DNA of 64,000 nt, from the IMG/VR virus record IMGVR_UViG_3300025018_000106. One strand, 5' to 3'. The notes under the pieces were generated by a model. The model was not told where the DNA came from and made no database searches. It saw nothing but the letters and a program-made list of their open reading frames with translations. The translations under genes and the position numbers were made by a program. This DNA is from an uncultured virus (IMG/VR IMGVR_UViG_3300025018_000106). Taxonomy: Duplodnaviria > Heunggongvirae > Uroviricota > Caudoviricetes. Positions 27,038 to 36,645 of the stretch are shown piece by piece. How positions within the stretch are numbered: the first letter of the stretch is position 1; each line of letters begins with the position of its first letter.

Positions 27038-30000
27038 ATGGGTATCAACACTGACCTAAACATCACTCCCTACTTTGACGACTTCGATGAAACGAAGCAG
27101 TATAACCGCATTCTCTTTGCGGCTGGCCGTGCTGTTCAGGCGCGCGAACTAACGCAGCTCCAGACCATTCTACAGAACCAGGTCGAACGCTTTGGTTCAA
27201 ACATCTTCAAAGAAGGTACCGTTATCTCGGGCATCAACATCACCGAGAGAAGTGATATCTCATATGTCAAGCTTCGCGATACCGACAACTTTCCTGATCC
27301 GACGGTTTATCGTCCTTCTGGCGACACCAAGTATTTCCTGGCTGGCGAGTCCACAGGTCTAAAAGCAGAAATCGTTTTCGCAGATAACGGTTTCGAAACG
27401 CGAGCGCCGAACCTGAAAACCTTCTACATCAAGTATTTGAATACCGCACAGTCCGGTGAAGATGATGTGAAAGAGTTTGAACAGGGTGAGGTTCTAAGCA
27501 TCGTTGACGCAAACGACCTGCCAGTAATCGCGCCAAACGGCGTTGAAGATATGACTGTTACCGTTGCGACCGTGTCAGAACATGTCGGCCGCTCTTTTGG
27601 TGTGTCCATCAACGAAGGTATCATCTACCAGCGCGGTCACTTCATCTTTGCAGATGGACAATTCGTTATCGTATCGAAATATACGAATGTGCCGGATGAT
27701 GTTTCTATCGGTTTCTCTATCGAAGAAAATATCATCACCGCAAGCCAGGATTCCTCGCTGCTCGACAACGCACAAGGTTTCAACAACTTCAACGCACCGG
27801 GCGCCGACCGTCTGCAATTGAGACCTATTCTGGTTGCAATCGCAACAGACGAAGAACCAGAAGGATTCTTTAGACTGATTCGTTACGAACGCGGCCGCGC
27901 GACAGCGATTCGTGATGTTACACAATTCAACTCTATTGCCACAGAAATGGCAAGACGCACATACGAAGAATCGGGCAACTATGTTGTCCGTGGTATGAAT
28001 ATCACACTTGAACAAGAGACAGTCGCGAATACGACGACGACTTATGCAGTTGTTGGTTCTGGTAAGGCATATTCGTTCGGTTACGAAATCATCAACATCG
28101 CGAAGAAATATCTGCCGCTCGAATCATCCGATACAACACAGGTTCAGAACAGCCAAAGCACAGGTATCGATTATGGCGCCTACTACGAATTCTTCTGGGG
28201 TTCTTTCTCCGGAGAGACCAACAACAATGTGCTTGACGCTTTCCAGTTTGACGGAACACGTTACGACCTGAGAGACGGCGCGAACAACGTCATTGGTTCC
28301 TGCTGTGTTCGAAATGTCACACCAGGCGCCGCTGGTTCGTCCAAGGGCCGAATCCATGTCTACGCTGTGACGAAGAATTCGGGACATGAAAACACAACGG
28401 TTGTGAAGATCGGCAACACGCCTGTTGTCTCCGCACTACGCGGCGGCAACCGCGGTGCAGTCGTGTTCAACTCGGGTAAGAAAAATCTGTTCTCGGCTGA
28501 CGATGTGGTGTTTACACGCCGTATCCGCAAGTCCGTTTCAGGTAACACCTCTATCGTTATCGAAGCGACCGCAGAACAACAGCCGCTCACTTCGAACATC
28601 TTCGCTGTTGACGCAACGAACAACCTCATTTCCGTTGTGTCTGCTATTACATCGGGCAGTAACACCGTCAACGTCACGCTTGATGCAAACGACGCGGCCT
28701 ACCTTTACTATGACGTGATCGAATCTGGTGTTGACGCTGACGACCTTGAAGAAATCGATATGTATGTGAACTCCACGTTCAACCCGTCCACGGGCATTGC
28801 ATACATCGGTGTTCCTAACGCGGTCTCGCTTTTGTCTGCCGTTGAAAACGGCGGCGCCGGTGAAGATATCACGTCACGTTTCCGTCTGGTCAACAACCAG
28901 AAAGAAGGTTACTACGATATCTCATACATCCAGTTGAAGTCTGGTGAGACTGCACCTGGTAACAACAATCTACAGATCAAGGCGAAGGTTCTACGTCGCA
29001 CTTCCACCGCAGGCGGCGGTTTCCTGAGCATCAACAGTTACAACAACGTTGAAACTCGATTCGTTCAGCCATACACCGCGAAGGATGGTATCACCTACGA
29101 CCTCCTATCGTCTTACGACTTCCGCCCATACGCAACGCCTTGGGTCGCATACTCTATCTCCGCCGCTGGCGCAGAAACGGCGTCTCCGGTTGACCTCGCA
29201 ATCAACGTCGCGGTTTCCCCTTCTGTTGCAGGCTTCATGACGGCAGACCTAGAGTTTTACGTTGGTCGTTACGACGCGGTCGCGATTGACGAAACCGGCG
29301 ACTTCAACATTGTTCAAGGCGCGCCGGCCGAAAACCCAGTGCCGCCGAAAGTGACAAACGCATTCGTGATCGGTGAAGTCTACATTCCGGGCAACAACCT
29401 GAACATCACAGGTCAAGACCCGGTCAAGGTCAAAGAAAAGATCGTTCGAAACTACACGATGGAAGATATCGGTCGTATCGACAAGCGCGTTGACCGCCTT
29501 GCTGAAACCGTATCTCTATCGTTGCTCGAATCGCGCACCAAAGACCTGTTCATTCCTGACGCAAACGGACTCAACCGTTTCAAGAACGGTATCCTTGTTG
29601 ATGGGTTCAAGAACCTCAAGGTCGCAGACTTGCGCGACCCTGAGTTTTCTTCTGCTATCGACAAAGGATTCCGCGTCGGCATGCCGAAAGTCAAGCAATT
29701 TCCAATCGATCTGAAATTCTCGACAGGCAACAACGTTAACTCGGGTTATCCAGACGTTATCACTCTTGCAGACACCGGTTCCGTTCGAACACTTATCAGT
29801 CAACCGTTTGCGACAAACGTTCGTAACGTTGTTTCGAACTTCTACAACTATAACGGACAAGCGGTCATTGATCCTCAGTTTGATACCGCATACGACACGG
29901 TTCAGAACCCAGCGGTGAACCTTGAAGTTGATATCGCAACACCTTTGCTCGACCTGGTCGAAAACCTACAAGAATTCATTCCTATGACGAACACCGATGT

Positions 30001-32338
30001 AAGTCGTGTTCGCGACACCATCGTTGAAGGCACAGCGGACGGCGGCACCCGTATCACCACGACGACTACAACGACCACGACCGAGGACGAACTGACGTTT
30101 GAAACGACTGCGGGTGCTTCTCAGGCGGTCGGCACCTTTGTGACCGATGTTGCATTCAACCCATATATGCAGTCTCAGGAAGTGCGTATTCTAGTGACCG
30201 GTCTACGACCAAACACGCGCCACTATTTCTACTTTGACCAGACAGACGTAAACGCACACGTCATTCCTGGTGAAATCGTTTCCGAGGACAGCAACGTATT
30301 TGATGTAAGAGACGTTCAGCCAGCAGCTCGCGAACCTGGTTCTGCGGTTCGTTCTGACTCGAACGGTGTGCTTGCTGCGATCTTCACGATTCCAGAAGCA
30401 ACATTCTTTGTTGGTGAAGTTGACCTAGAAATCTCCGACGTGTCTCAGTATGAGAGCATCAAATCGGGCGGCACCTCCTATTCTCGAATTGCATACCGAG
30501 CATACAACTTCTCGGTTGGCCAGTCAACCCTAAACGCGTCAACGCGAACGGTCGACTTCGACACTACAACAACCGTGACAACCACACAGAACGTCACAAC
30601 ACGTTTCATTCCGCCACGCGACGACAACGACGACGGCGACCGGGGCGAAGACGGCGGCCGGCGCACCGGCAGCAAAGGCGACCCTATCTCCCAGACCTTC
30701 TTTATCAAGAGAGGTATGGCAGAAGGCGCGTCTACCGTTTATGTCAACCAATTGCTTCTCTACTTCCAGACCAAGTCGCCCACAAACGGCGTGACGGTTG
30801 AAATGAGAGAGGTCTTGAATGGTTATCCTTCCGCACAGGTTCTACCATTTGGCCGCAAGCACCTGACGCCGGCGCAGATCAATACTTCTGAGGACGGCTC
30901 AATCGCAACGACAATTACGTTTGATAATCCTGTCAAGTGTTCTGTTGAAAAAGAATACTGCTTCGTTGTCATTCCTGACGCGAACGATCCGAACTATCTA
31001 CTTTACATTTCTCGCGTAGGTGGTTTCGATCTTATCTCCGGCGAACCGGTTGTTCAAGACTGGGGCGACGGTGTTCTGTTCGCGTCTACGAACAACCGCG
31101 CTTGGCAGTCATATCAGGACGAGGACCTCAAATTCACGGTTCGCCGTCTGGAATTCGTTGACACCGAAGGTACCGCGGACCTGGTTCCAAATGACGTTGA
31201 ATACTTCACAGTGTCAAACACCGTCAATCGTTTCAGAAAGAACGAAATCGCGTATGCTGTTCGTTCCGTCTCTTACGCTGGTGTCGGTATCAGCGGCCGC
31301 ACGTTCACTGTTCCGCAAGCGTCTGTTGACTTCAATGTTGGTGATTACGTTCGATTGACACAAGGTGACGACGACTTCATTTCTCGCATCACCGCTATCA
31401 ACTCAGGCGGAGGACAAACCGTTGTTAGAATGCGCGGTCGTCAACAACTAAATGAAAACAGCGGCGAACAAGTCATCGCTACGCTGGTGACTGCGGGTCG
31501 CGTTTCTTACTTCAACAACCGTAAGCCGACCGAGATTCACCTAAGAGAGAGCTCCGCTCGCGCGACGGCGAGATTTGAGACTGGTGATACACTCATTGGA
31601 TACCGTTCTGGTGCAACCACAACGGTTGACAGCATCGATGATGTTCCTCTGTCTTACGTCCAGCCTTTGATCCTGATCGACAACACGGTTCGAACCACGA
31701 CAAGTGCGACACTCTACAACGGTAACACCGTTGACCGGCCGTTGCCTCTCGACAAGAACACATATCTTCTTGGTAACACTAGAACGGTGGCGAGTAAGTC
31801 AAACATCGTCGCAGGAACGTCCAGTGAAAACTTCAAGATTCGCATCAACATGTCCAACCGTGGATTCCAGACCACGACGCCTGTTCTTGACGCGAAGCTT
31901 TCGATCTTGAACGCGTATCAGTATGATATCACGAGCAACGAAGCGACCACCTCCAAGTATATCTCGAAAGAAGTCGTCTTGCAAGAGGATATGGACGCGG
32001 TTGGTCTCAAGGTCCTGCTTGCGGCATATAGACCACAGGGCACCATAATTGGCGTGTATGCGCGATTCACTTACGAATCCAACTCTGACACACAGTCCGA
32101 TTGGGTTCAATTAACGAACGCAAATCCAGAAATGTTCTCTAACCTTTCAAATACAAGAGACTACCGTGAATTTGAATACAATCTGGATGACGAATCGAAC
32201 GAATTCACTTCTTTCCAATTGAAAATCGTGATGCGTCATATGACAAACCAAGAAAAGTCAGACGCAAATATCACGGCAGTAACCGGCGTGAACCTATTCC
32301 CCCACGTCTATGATTATCGTGCAATTGCGTTGACGTAA
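27038..32338 (+). CDS. large VrlC-like/DUF4815 baseplate-associated virion protein
   Basis: DLNITPYFDDF...K.YNRILF..GRAVQARELTQLQTILQNQ, NFNAPGADRL, ARRTYEESGNY, RFKNGILVD, DPISQTF. Confidence 0.82.
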   Translation: MGINTDLNITPYFDDFDETKQYNRILFAAGRAVQARELTQLQTILQNQVERFGSNIFKEGTVISGINITERSDISYVKLRDTDNFPDPTVYRPSGDTKYFLAGESTGLKAEIVFADNGFETRAPNLKTFYIKYLNTAQSGEDDVKEFEQGEVLSIVDANDLPVIAPNGVEDMTVTVATVSEHVGRSFGVSINEGIIYQRGHFIFADGQFVIVSKYTNVPDDVSIGFSIEENIITASQDSSLLDNAQGFNNFNAPGADRLQLRPILVAIATDEEPEGFFRLIRYERGRATAIRDVTQFNSIATEMARRTYEESGNYVVRGMNITLEQETVANTTTTYAVVGSGKAYSFGYEIINIAKKYLPLESSDTTQVQNSQSTGIDYGAYYEFFWGSFSGETNNNVLDAFQFDGTRYDLRDGANNVIGSCCVRNVTPGAAGSSKGRIHVYAVTKNSGHENTTVVKIGNTPVVSALRGGNRGAVVFNSGKKNLFSADDVVFTRRIRKSVSGNTSIVIEATAEQQPLTSNIFAVDATNNLISVVSAITSGSNTVNVTLDANDAAYLYYDVIESGVDADDLEEIDMYVNSTFNPSTGIAYIGVPNAVSLLSAVENGGAGEDITSRFRLVNNQKEGYYDISYIQLKSGETAPGNNNLQIKAKVLRRTSTAGGGFLSINSYNNVETRFVQPYTAKDGITYDLLSSYDFRPYATPWVAYSISAAGAETASPVDLAINVAVSPSVAGFMTADLEFYVGRYDAVAIDETGDFNIVQGAPAENPVPPKVTNAFVIGEVYIPGNNLNITGQDPVKVKEKIVRNYTMEDIGRIDKRVDRLAETVSLSLLESRTKDLFIPDANGLNRFKNGILVDGFKNLKVADLRDPEFSSAIDKGFRVGMPKVKQFPIDLKFSTGNNVNSGYPDVITLADTGSVRTLISQPFATNVRNVVSNFYNYNGQAVIDPQFDTAYDTVQNPAVNLEVDIATPLLDLVENLQEFIPMTNTDVSRVRDTIVEGTADGGTRITTTTTTTTTEDELTFETTAGASQAVGTFVTDVAFNPYMQSQEVRILVTGLRPNTRHYFYFDQTDVNAHVIPGEIVSEDSNVFDVRDVQPAAREPGSAVRSDSNGVLAAIFTIPEATFFVGEVDLEISDVSQYESIKSGGTSYSRIAYRAYNFSVGQSTLNASTRTVDFDTTTTVTTTQNVTTRFIPPRDDNDDGDRGEDGGRRTGSKGDPISQTFFIKRGMAEGASTVYVNQLLLYFQTKSPTNGVTVEMREVLNGYPSAQVLPFGRKHLTPAQINTSEDGSIATTITFDNPVKCSVEKEYCFVVIPDANDPNYLLYISRVGGFDLISGEPVVQDWGDGVLFASTNNRAWQSYQDEDLKFTVRRLEFVDTEGTADLVPNDVEYFTVSNTVNRFRKNEIAYAVRSVSYAGVGISGRTFTVPQASVDFNVGDYVRLTQGDDDFISRITAINSGGGQTVVRMRGRQQLNENSGEQVIATLVTAGRVSYFNNRKPTEIHLRESSARATARFETGDTLIGYRSGATTTVDSIDDVPLSYVQPLILIDNTVRTTTSATLYNGNTVDRPLPLDKNTYLLGNTRTVASKSNIVAGTSSENFKIRINMSNRGFQTTTPVLDAKLSILNAYQYDITSNEATTSKYISKEVVLQEDMDAVGLKVLLAAYRPQGTIIGVYARFTYESNSDTQSDWVQLTNANPEMFSNLSNTRDYREFEYNLDDESNEFTSFQLKIVMRHMTNQEKSDANITAVTGVNLFPHVYDYRAIALT

Positions 32339-32511
32339 TGACAGAACTGGTAAGAAAAGGTGACGCTCTTGTGAATACAAACAAGAGTGCATACCTTGCT
32401 GCAAAGGCGGCAAGAAAGAAACAGAATGAAATCACCCGGTTGGAAGACCGAATAAATAGGCTTGAGAAAATCGTAGCAGAATTGGTGGAACGACTAGATG
32501 AGCGTCAATAA
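32338..32511 (+). CDS. small coiled-coil protein (57 aa, absent from the ORF track)
   Basis: MTELVRKGDALVNTNKSAY...EITRLEDRINRLEKIV; TAATG-coupled to the upstream gene. Confidence 0.7.
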   Translation: MTELVRKGDALVNTNKSAYLAAKAARKKQNEITRLEDRINRLEKIVAELVERLDERQ

Positions 32512-33952
32512 CATCGACCAAATTGTCAATACAGATACTTTCGGCATCTGGAAAGACAGAACAAACCTGATTATCGAAGCGCTACAAGACGTTGTGAGTC
32601 TTGGCGACTCCGATTTGGCGAATGCTAACGGCAATGTCGTAATCAACGGTTACGTCAAAGCGTATGATGGCATCCAAACAGACACGATTGTTCCTGTTTC
32701 AGGCGCTGGTGCGACAGTCGCGATTGATGGCGCTCTTTCAACAGATGGCAATATCACTCTGAGCAGTCAGACGACAGGTTCGCTGGTTCGCCATATCTAT
32801 CAGAACAACGGCACACCTACATGGTATGCCGGCACGAATGCGAACCATTCGGCCTTCTCGATTCAGACTGACACCGGGTCTCATATTTTCACGATCAATG
32901 ACACAACAGGTCAGATCGAAGGCACAAACCTGGTCATTGAAACCGATCTGATTCCGAACCTTGACGCGTCTAAGGTGACAACAGGTTCGTTCCCGACCGC
33001 GCGTATTCCGAACCTTTCTGCATCCAAGATCACGTCTGGCACCTTTGACGTTGCCCGTATTCCAGATTTGAACGCTTCGAAGATTCAGCCGGGCACTTTC
33101 ACCGGCGACTTCATTATTGGTTCTGGCTCCCTGGCCGTCAACAATGGCAACGATGGTTCGCCTGTTCTGACAATTTCCGACTCATCTGCTACCGGCGCCG
33201 CCGGTTCAAAAGTCATGATGGTCGTTCAAGGCGCTGGAACACCTTTGCAGATCATCAACAGCAACGACTCGGGCGACTACGAGTTTATTGCAGGCGACAC
33301 GGGATTCCGTATCAACGACCTGGTCGTAGGATTTGAAATTCTACACCGAAACTCCAATGATGCTGACTTTGACGATCCTATCAGCAGCGTCGGTCCTGCG
33401 GTGAAAGTATATACGACAGGCAACAAGGTTACAACCGAAATTAACACACCGACCAATTTGAACGGAGACGTGACGATTGGCAACGCACACACCATACGAG
33501 GTCCGGGCACGGTGCCCGTGGGCGCGGTTCAAGGCTTCATGCGACGAACAGCGCCTGTTGGTTGGCTTGTTCTAAACGGTTCTGCAATCCCTAACGGCAC
33601 TGACACCGTTCAAGACGTCACTGCCGACTTTTCGGACTTGTATGCTCTCCTAGTCGATATCTACGGTGCGAACGGCGGCAATCCAATCAATTTGCCTGAC
33701 ATGCGCGGTTACTTCCCTCGCGCTTACGACTCTCGCGCAGGCAGTTTGACTGAGGACATTGGTGTTCAACAACAAGACCAGTTTGCAGCACATAGTCACA
33801 CGGTATCGGGTGTTGCTACAGCGGGCAGCACGGCCTCTATTTCAGTTATCAACGTCAACACGTCTAGACTTGGCACCGTAACAACTTCTACGGTCGGCGG
33901 CGACGAAACTCGACCAAAGAACATCGCGTATCTCTACTGCATCAAATACTAA
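32498..33952 (+). CDS. short tail fibre-like protein with tail collar domain
   Basis: N-terminal DTF..W...TN; three IP.L.ASK..G.F repeats; collar motifs VPVGAV..F...AP.GWL..NG and LPDMRGYFPR; ETRPKNIA.LYCIKY. Confidence 0.8.
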   Translation: MSVNNIDQIVNTDTFGIWKDRTNLIIEALQDVVSLGDSDLANANGNVVINGYVKAYDGIQTDTIVPVSGAGATVAIDGALSTDGNITLSSQTTGSLVRHIYQNNGTPTWYAGTNANHSAFSIQTDTGSHIFTINDTTGQIEGTNLVIETDLIPNLDASKVTTGSFPTARIPNLSASKITSGTFDVARIPDLNASKIQPGTFTGDFIIGSGSLAVNNGNDGSPVLTISDSSATGAAGSKVMMVVQGAGTPLQIINSNDSGDYEFIAGDTGFRINDLVVGFEILHRNSNDADFDDPISSVGPAVKVYTTGNKVTTEINTPTNLNGDVTIGNAHTIRGPGTVPVGAVQGFMRRTAPVGWLVLNGSAIPNGTDTVQDVTADFSDLYALLVDIYGANGGNPINLPDMRGYFPRAYDSRAGSLTEDIGVQQQDQFAAHSHTVSGVATAGSTASISVINVNTSRLGTVTTSTVGGDETRPKNIAYLYCIKY

Positions 33953-33987
33953 TAAATAGGTCAAAGACTTAATCCAAGGCGAGCAAT

Positions 33988-36642
33988 ATGTCAACAATCA
34001 AATTCAGCGAACTACAGCCGATTACGACGCCGAGTGCAAACGATGTTTTTGCTCTCTCCGATATCAGTGCAGGCGATTCGAGCGTTTCCAAAAGAATTAC
34101 GTTTGGTGACCTCACAAACGCGATTATCACTCCTGACCTATTCACAACCAATGCGAATGATATCATTGATGCCGTAAATGGCAACACCAGTGTTGAAAAT
34201 AACCTGAATGCGACCAATCTTTGGTATGATGGCGAATACCGAGCAGGTCCGTATTTCCTTGATTACGGCAACTTCGCGAATACTCCCACAATTCCTGCTG
34301 ACCTGTCCGATCTAACCAACTCGACGGGATTCCTTCGGTTCGACAATAACCAGGTCTCTTATATTCCGACCGTTGGTGGCCGAGTCAATATCACGACTTC
34401 ATTCATCGCTGAAGGCAACAATCTATACTTCACGAACGAACGTGTTGAAGCGTTCTTTGACGAAAACTTTGGTGATTACTACACACAATTTAGCACGACC
34501 TTCGATGAAGGCAACGTAACCGACAGTTACTTTGACACGGAAGGCACTTTCCGCAACGTTGTCGCTCTACAGTCTGATACCATTCGTATCTCGGACGTTG
34601 ACAGACTTAACGCATACGCCGCAGGACAGACTTTGCGAATCTACGGCGCAGCTGATGCTGTAACAGGCGTTCAATTGGACGTTACCGCCGCTAATCTATC
34701 TCTTTCCGTTGTCAACTTTCCTACGACAGGTAACACGGTCAACTTCAACTATCGCATTGCAGAATTCAACTACGCGACGGGTGAAATTGCACCTGCTAGT
34801 CCAATATCAACCGCAGCTATCCGTGTGCCGGAAGAACTGCCGCCTGGCACGACTGTTTACGAAGCATTCAACCAGACACACTTCATTCGCCTGAACCTGA
34901 CTTCGACCTCCGAAAACCGCGGTATACTTGTCTATCGCAACACACCTATTGATGGCACTACATACAAACTGGTCGCTGTTCTTGGCCCGAAAGATATCAG
35001 CTCTGGTCTTTGGATCGATTACTACGATGAAGATTACAACGATTGGACAGGAAAGGCAAGCGACGGCACCTATTCTTCTATCGTTCACTTCCCACTCACC
35101 GCTCCGGTATCATCGCGACGTGGATGGGCAGACAGAACCATTTCTTCTGTTACCTCTGGTTCCGGGTTCATCGATATCAAATTGAGCGGCAGCGTTTATG
35201 TCAACAGCGACGCTGTATGCACCGTCGCACACAACGACACGTCGAAAATCCAGGCAGCAATCAACCAGAACTCTAATGCCGGCCTGAAGTCCGTCACATT
35301 GAACGCCAAGCGTTACGTCGCATCCAACTTGACCATTCCTGACGACTTCGGTCTGACGGGCGTGCCGAACATTACGCGTATTTCAAGATTGCCTTGGGCG
35401 ACCTCGGGCGCTACGTCCAACTTTGTTCGTTCATCGACCACAAACGGCGCATCTGAAATCAGTTTCGTTGGTATCGACTTTGACGGCAACGCGCTGAACC
35501 ACTATCTCTACGCCGACGCGGTAAACATTGACGCAAACTACACGATTGACCTAGGTAACGCACCGGTCAACGCGCTGTTTGACAAGGTTCGTATTCTGAA
35601 CCCGATTGGCGGCGGCATTTACGCGCCGAACCACCAGAACCTAAGAGTGACGAATTGCGTTATCTCGGATTCTGGTTTTTCTGACCGTCTCGCGAACTTG
35701 TATTCTCCGCTCTATGTAACGAACGGCACGAACCTTGTTGCTACGAGCAACCGTTTCCAGAACTTCACAAACCACATTGACGCGTCTATCACCAACAAAG
35801 GTGTGGTGACCAACAACATTATCGTGAACTGTGGTTCTGGTCTGTTGGTCTACGGTTCATCTTTCGTGTCCGTCGAGGACAACGTTATCATCGGTCCCGC
35901 AAACGAGTTTATCTCTACGCCTGACACTCTAAACTCTGAATTTGATTCTGTCAACATCTCCTTGGAGAACGCATATCTTTCTTCTGGTGAGTTTGTCAGC
36001 CCGAACTTCAAATATCAAGAAAACGGCCTCGACTTTAACCTGACAGGTAACACCTCTATCGACAGATCACGCGGAGGCTCCGCTGACGCAAGTTTCGCGA
36101 ACGTCTATTACAGCACGTTCTATATCCAAAGAACACCGACAGGCGTCGAAGAAGTCTATGAGGCCAACACAGGTATTGTCTTGAACGACCGCGCTGGTCT
36201 AGACAAGTCTCTTGGAGAATTTGGTTTCACGATTGACGCCAACACGGTCGCTGAGATTGCGAATGCGAATGGTGCATACTCATATAGCACACTGTCTGCT
36301 AACAACGCAAACCACGTTGGCATCGTCTATACAGCGAACTTCGAACGCGAAGTCGAAGCCGGCGAAATCACTGCCGCGAATATCATCGATGTTGATGATA
36401 TTGAATTGATCGTCAACGGCAAACTACAATACATCGCTGTTGGCAGTCAGGTCCGAGTGAGAAATGTTGAAGGTTCGATAAACATTCCTGGTTCTATCGG
36501 TACCGTAATTGCTTTGAATACACAGGCCGCAAACGATAGGGTTACTGTTAGATTTACTGGTGTGACACTTTCCGGAACACTTACGTCCGCAGACATAAAT
36601 ATCATTGACAGATTCGTTATGGCAAAAGGAAGGATTCTATAA
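33988..36642 (+). CDS. putative virion protein with right-handed beta-helix (pectin-lyase-like) domain
   Basis: IKFSEL N-terminus, EGNNLYFTNER, HNDTSKIQAAI, GIDFDGN, V.NN.I repeats; AATAAATA late-like box at 33951. Confidence 0.65.
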   Translation: MSTIKFSELQPITTPSANDVFALSDISAGDSSVSKRITFGDLTNAIITPDLFTTNANDIIDAVNGNTSVENNLNATNLWYDGEYRAGPYFLDYGNFANTPTIPADLSDLTNSTGFLRFDNNQVSYIPTVGGRVNITTSFIAEGNNLYFTNERVEAFFDENFGDYYTQFSTTFDEGNVTDSYFDTEGTFRNVVALQSDTIRISDVDRLNAYAAGQTLRIYGAADAVTGVQLDVTAANLSLSVVNFPTTGNTVNFNYRIAEFNYATGEIAPASPISTAAIRVPEELPPGTTVYEAFNQTHFIRLNLTSTSENRGILVYRNTPIDGTTYKLVAVLGPKDISSGLWIDYYDEDYNDWTGKASDGTYSSIVHFPLTAPVSSRRGWADRTISSVTSGSGFIDIKLSGSVYVNSDAVCTVAHNDTSKIQAAINQNSNAGLKSVTLNAKRYVASNLTIPDDFGLTGVPNITRISRLPWATSGATSNFVRSSTTNGASEISFVGIDFDGNALNHYLYADAVNIDANYTIDLGNAPVNALFDKVRILNPIGGGIYAPNHQNLRVTNCVISDSGFSDRLANLYSPLYVTNGTNLVATSNRFQNFTNHIDASITNKGVVTNNIIVNCGSGLLVYGSSFVSVEDNVIIGPANEFISTPDTLNSEFDSVNISLENAYLSSGEFVSPNFKYQENGLDFNLTGNTSIDRSRGGSADASFANVYYSTFYIQRTPTGVEEVYEANTGIVLNDRAGLDKSLGEFGFTIDANTVAEIANANGAYSYSTLSANNANHVGIVYTANFEREVEAGEITAANIIDVDDIELIVNGKLQYIAVGSQVRVRNVEGSINIPGSIGTVIALNTQAANDRVTVRFTGVTLSGTLTSADINIIDRFVMAKGRIL

Positions 36643-36645
36643 CCC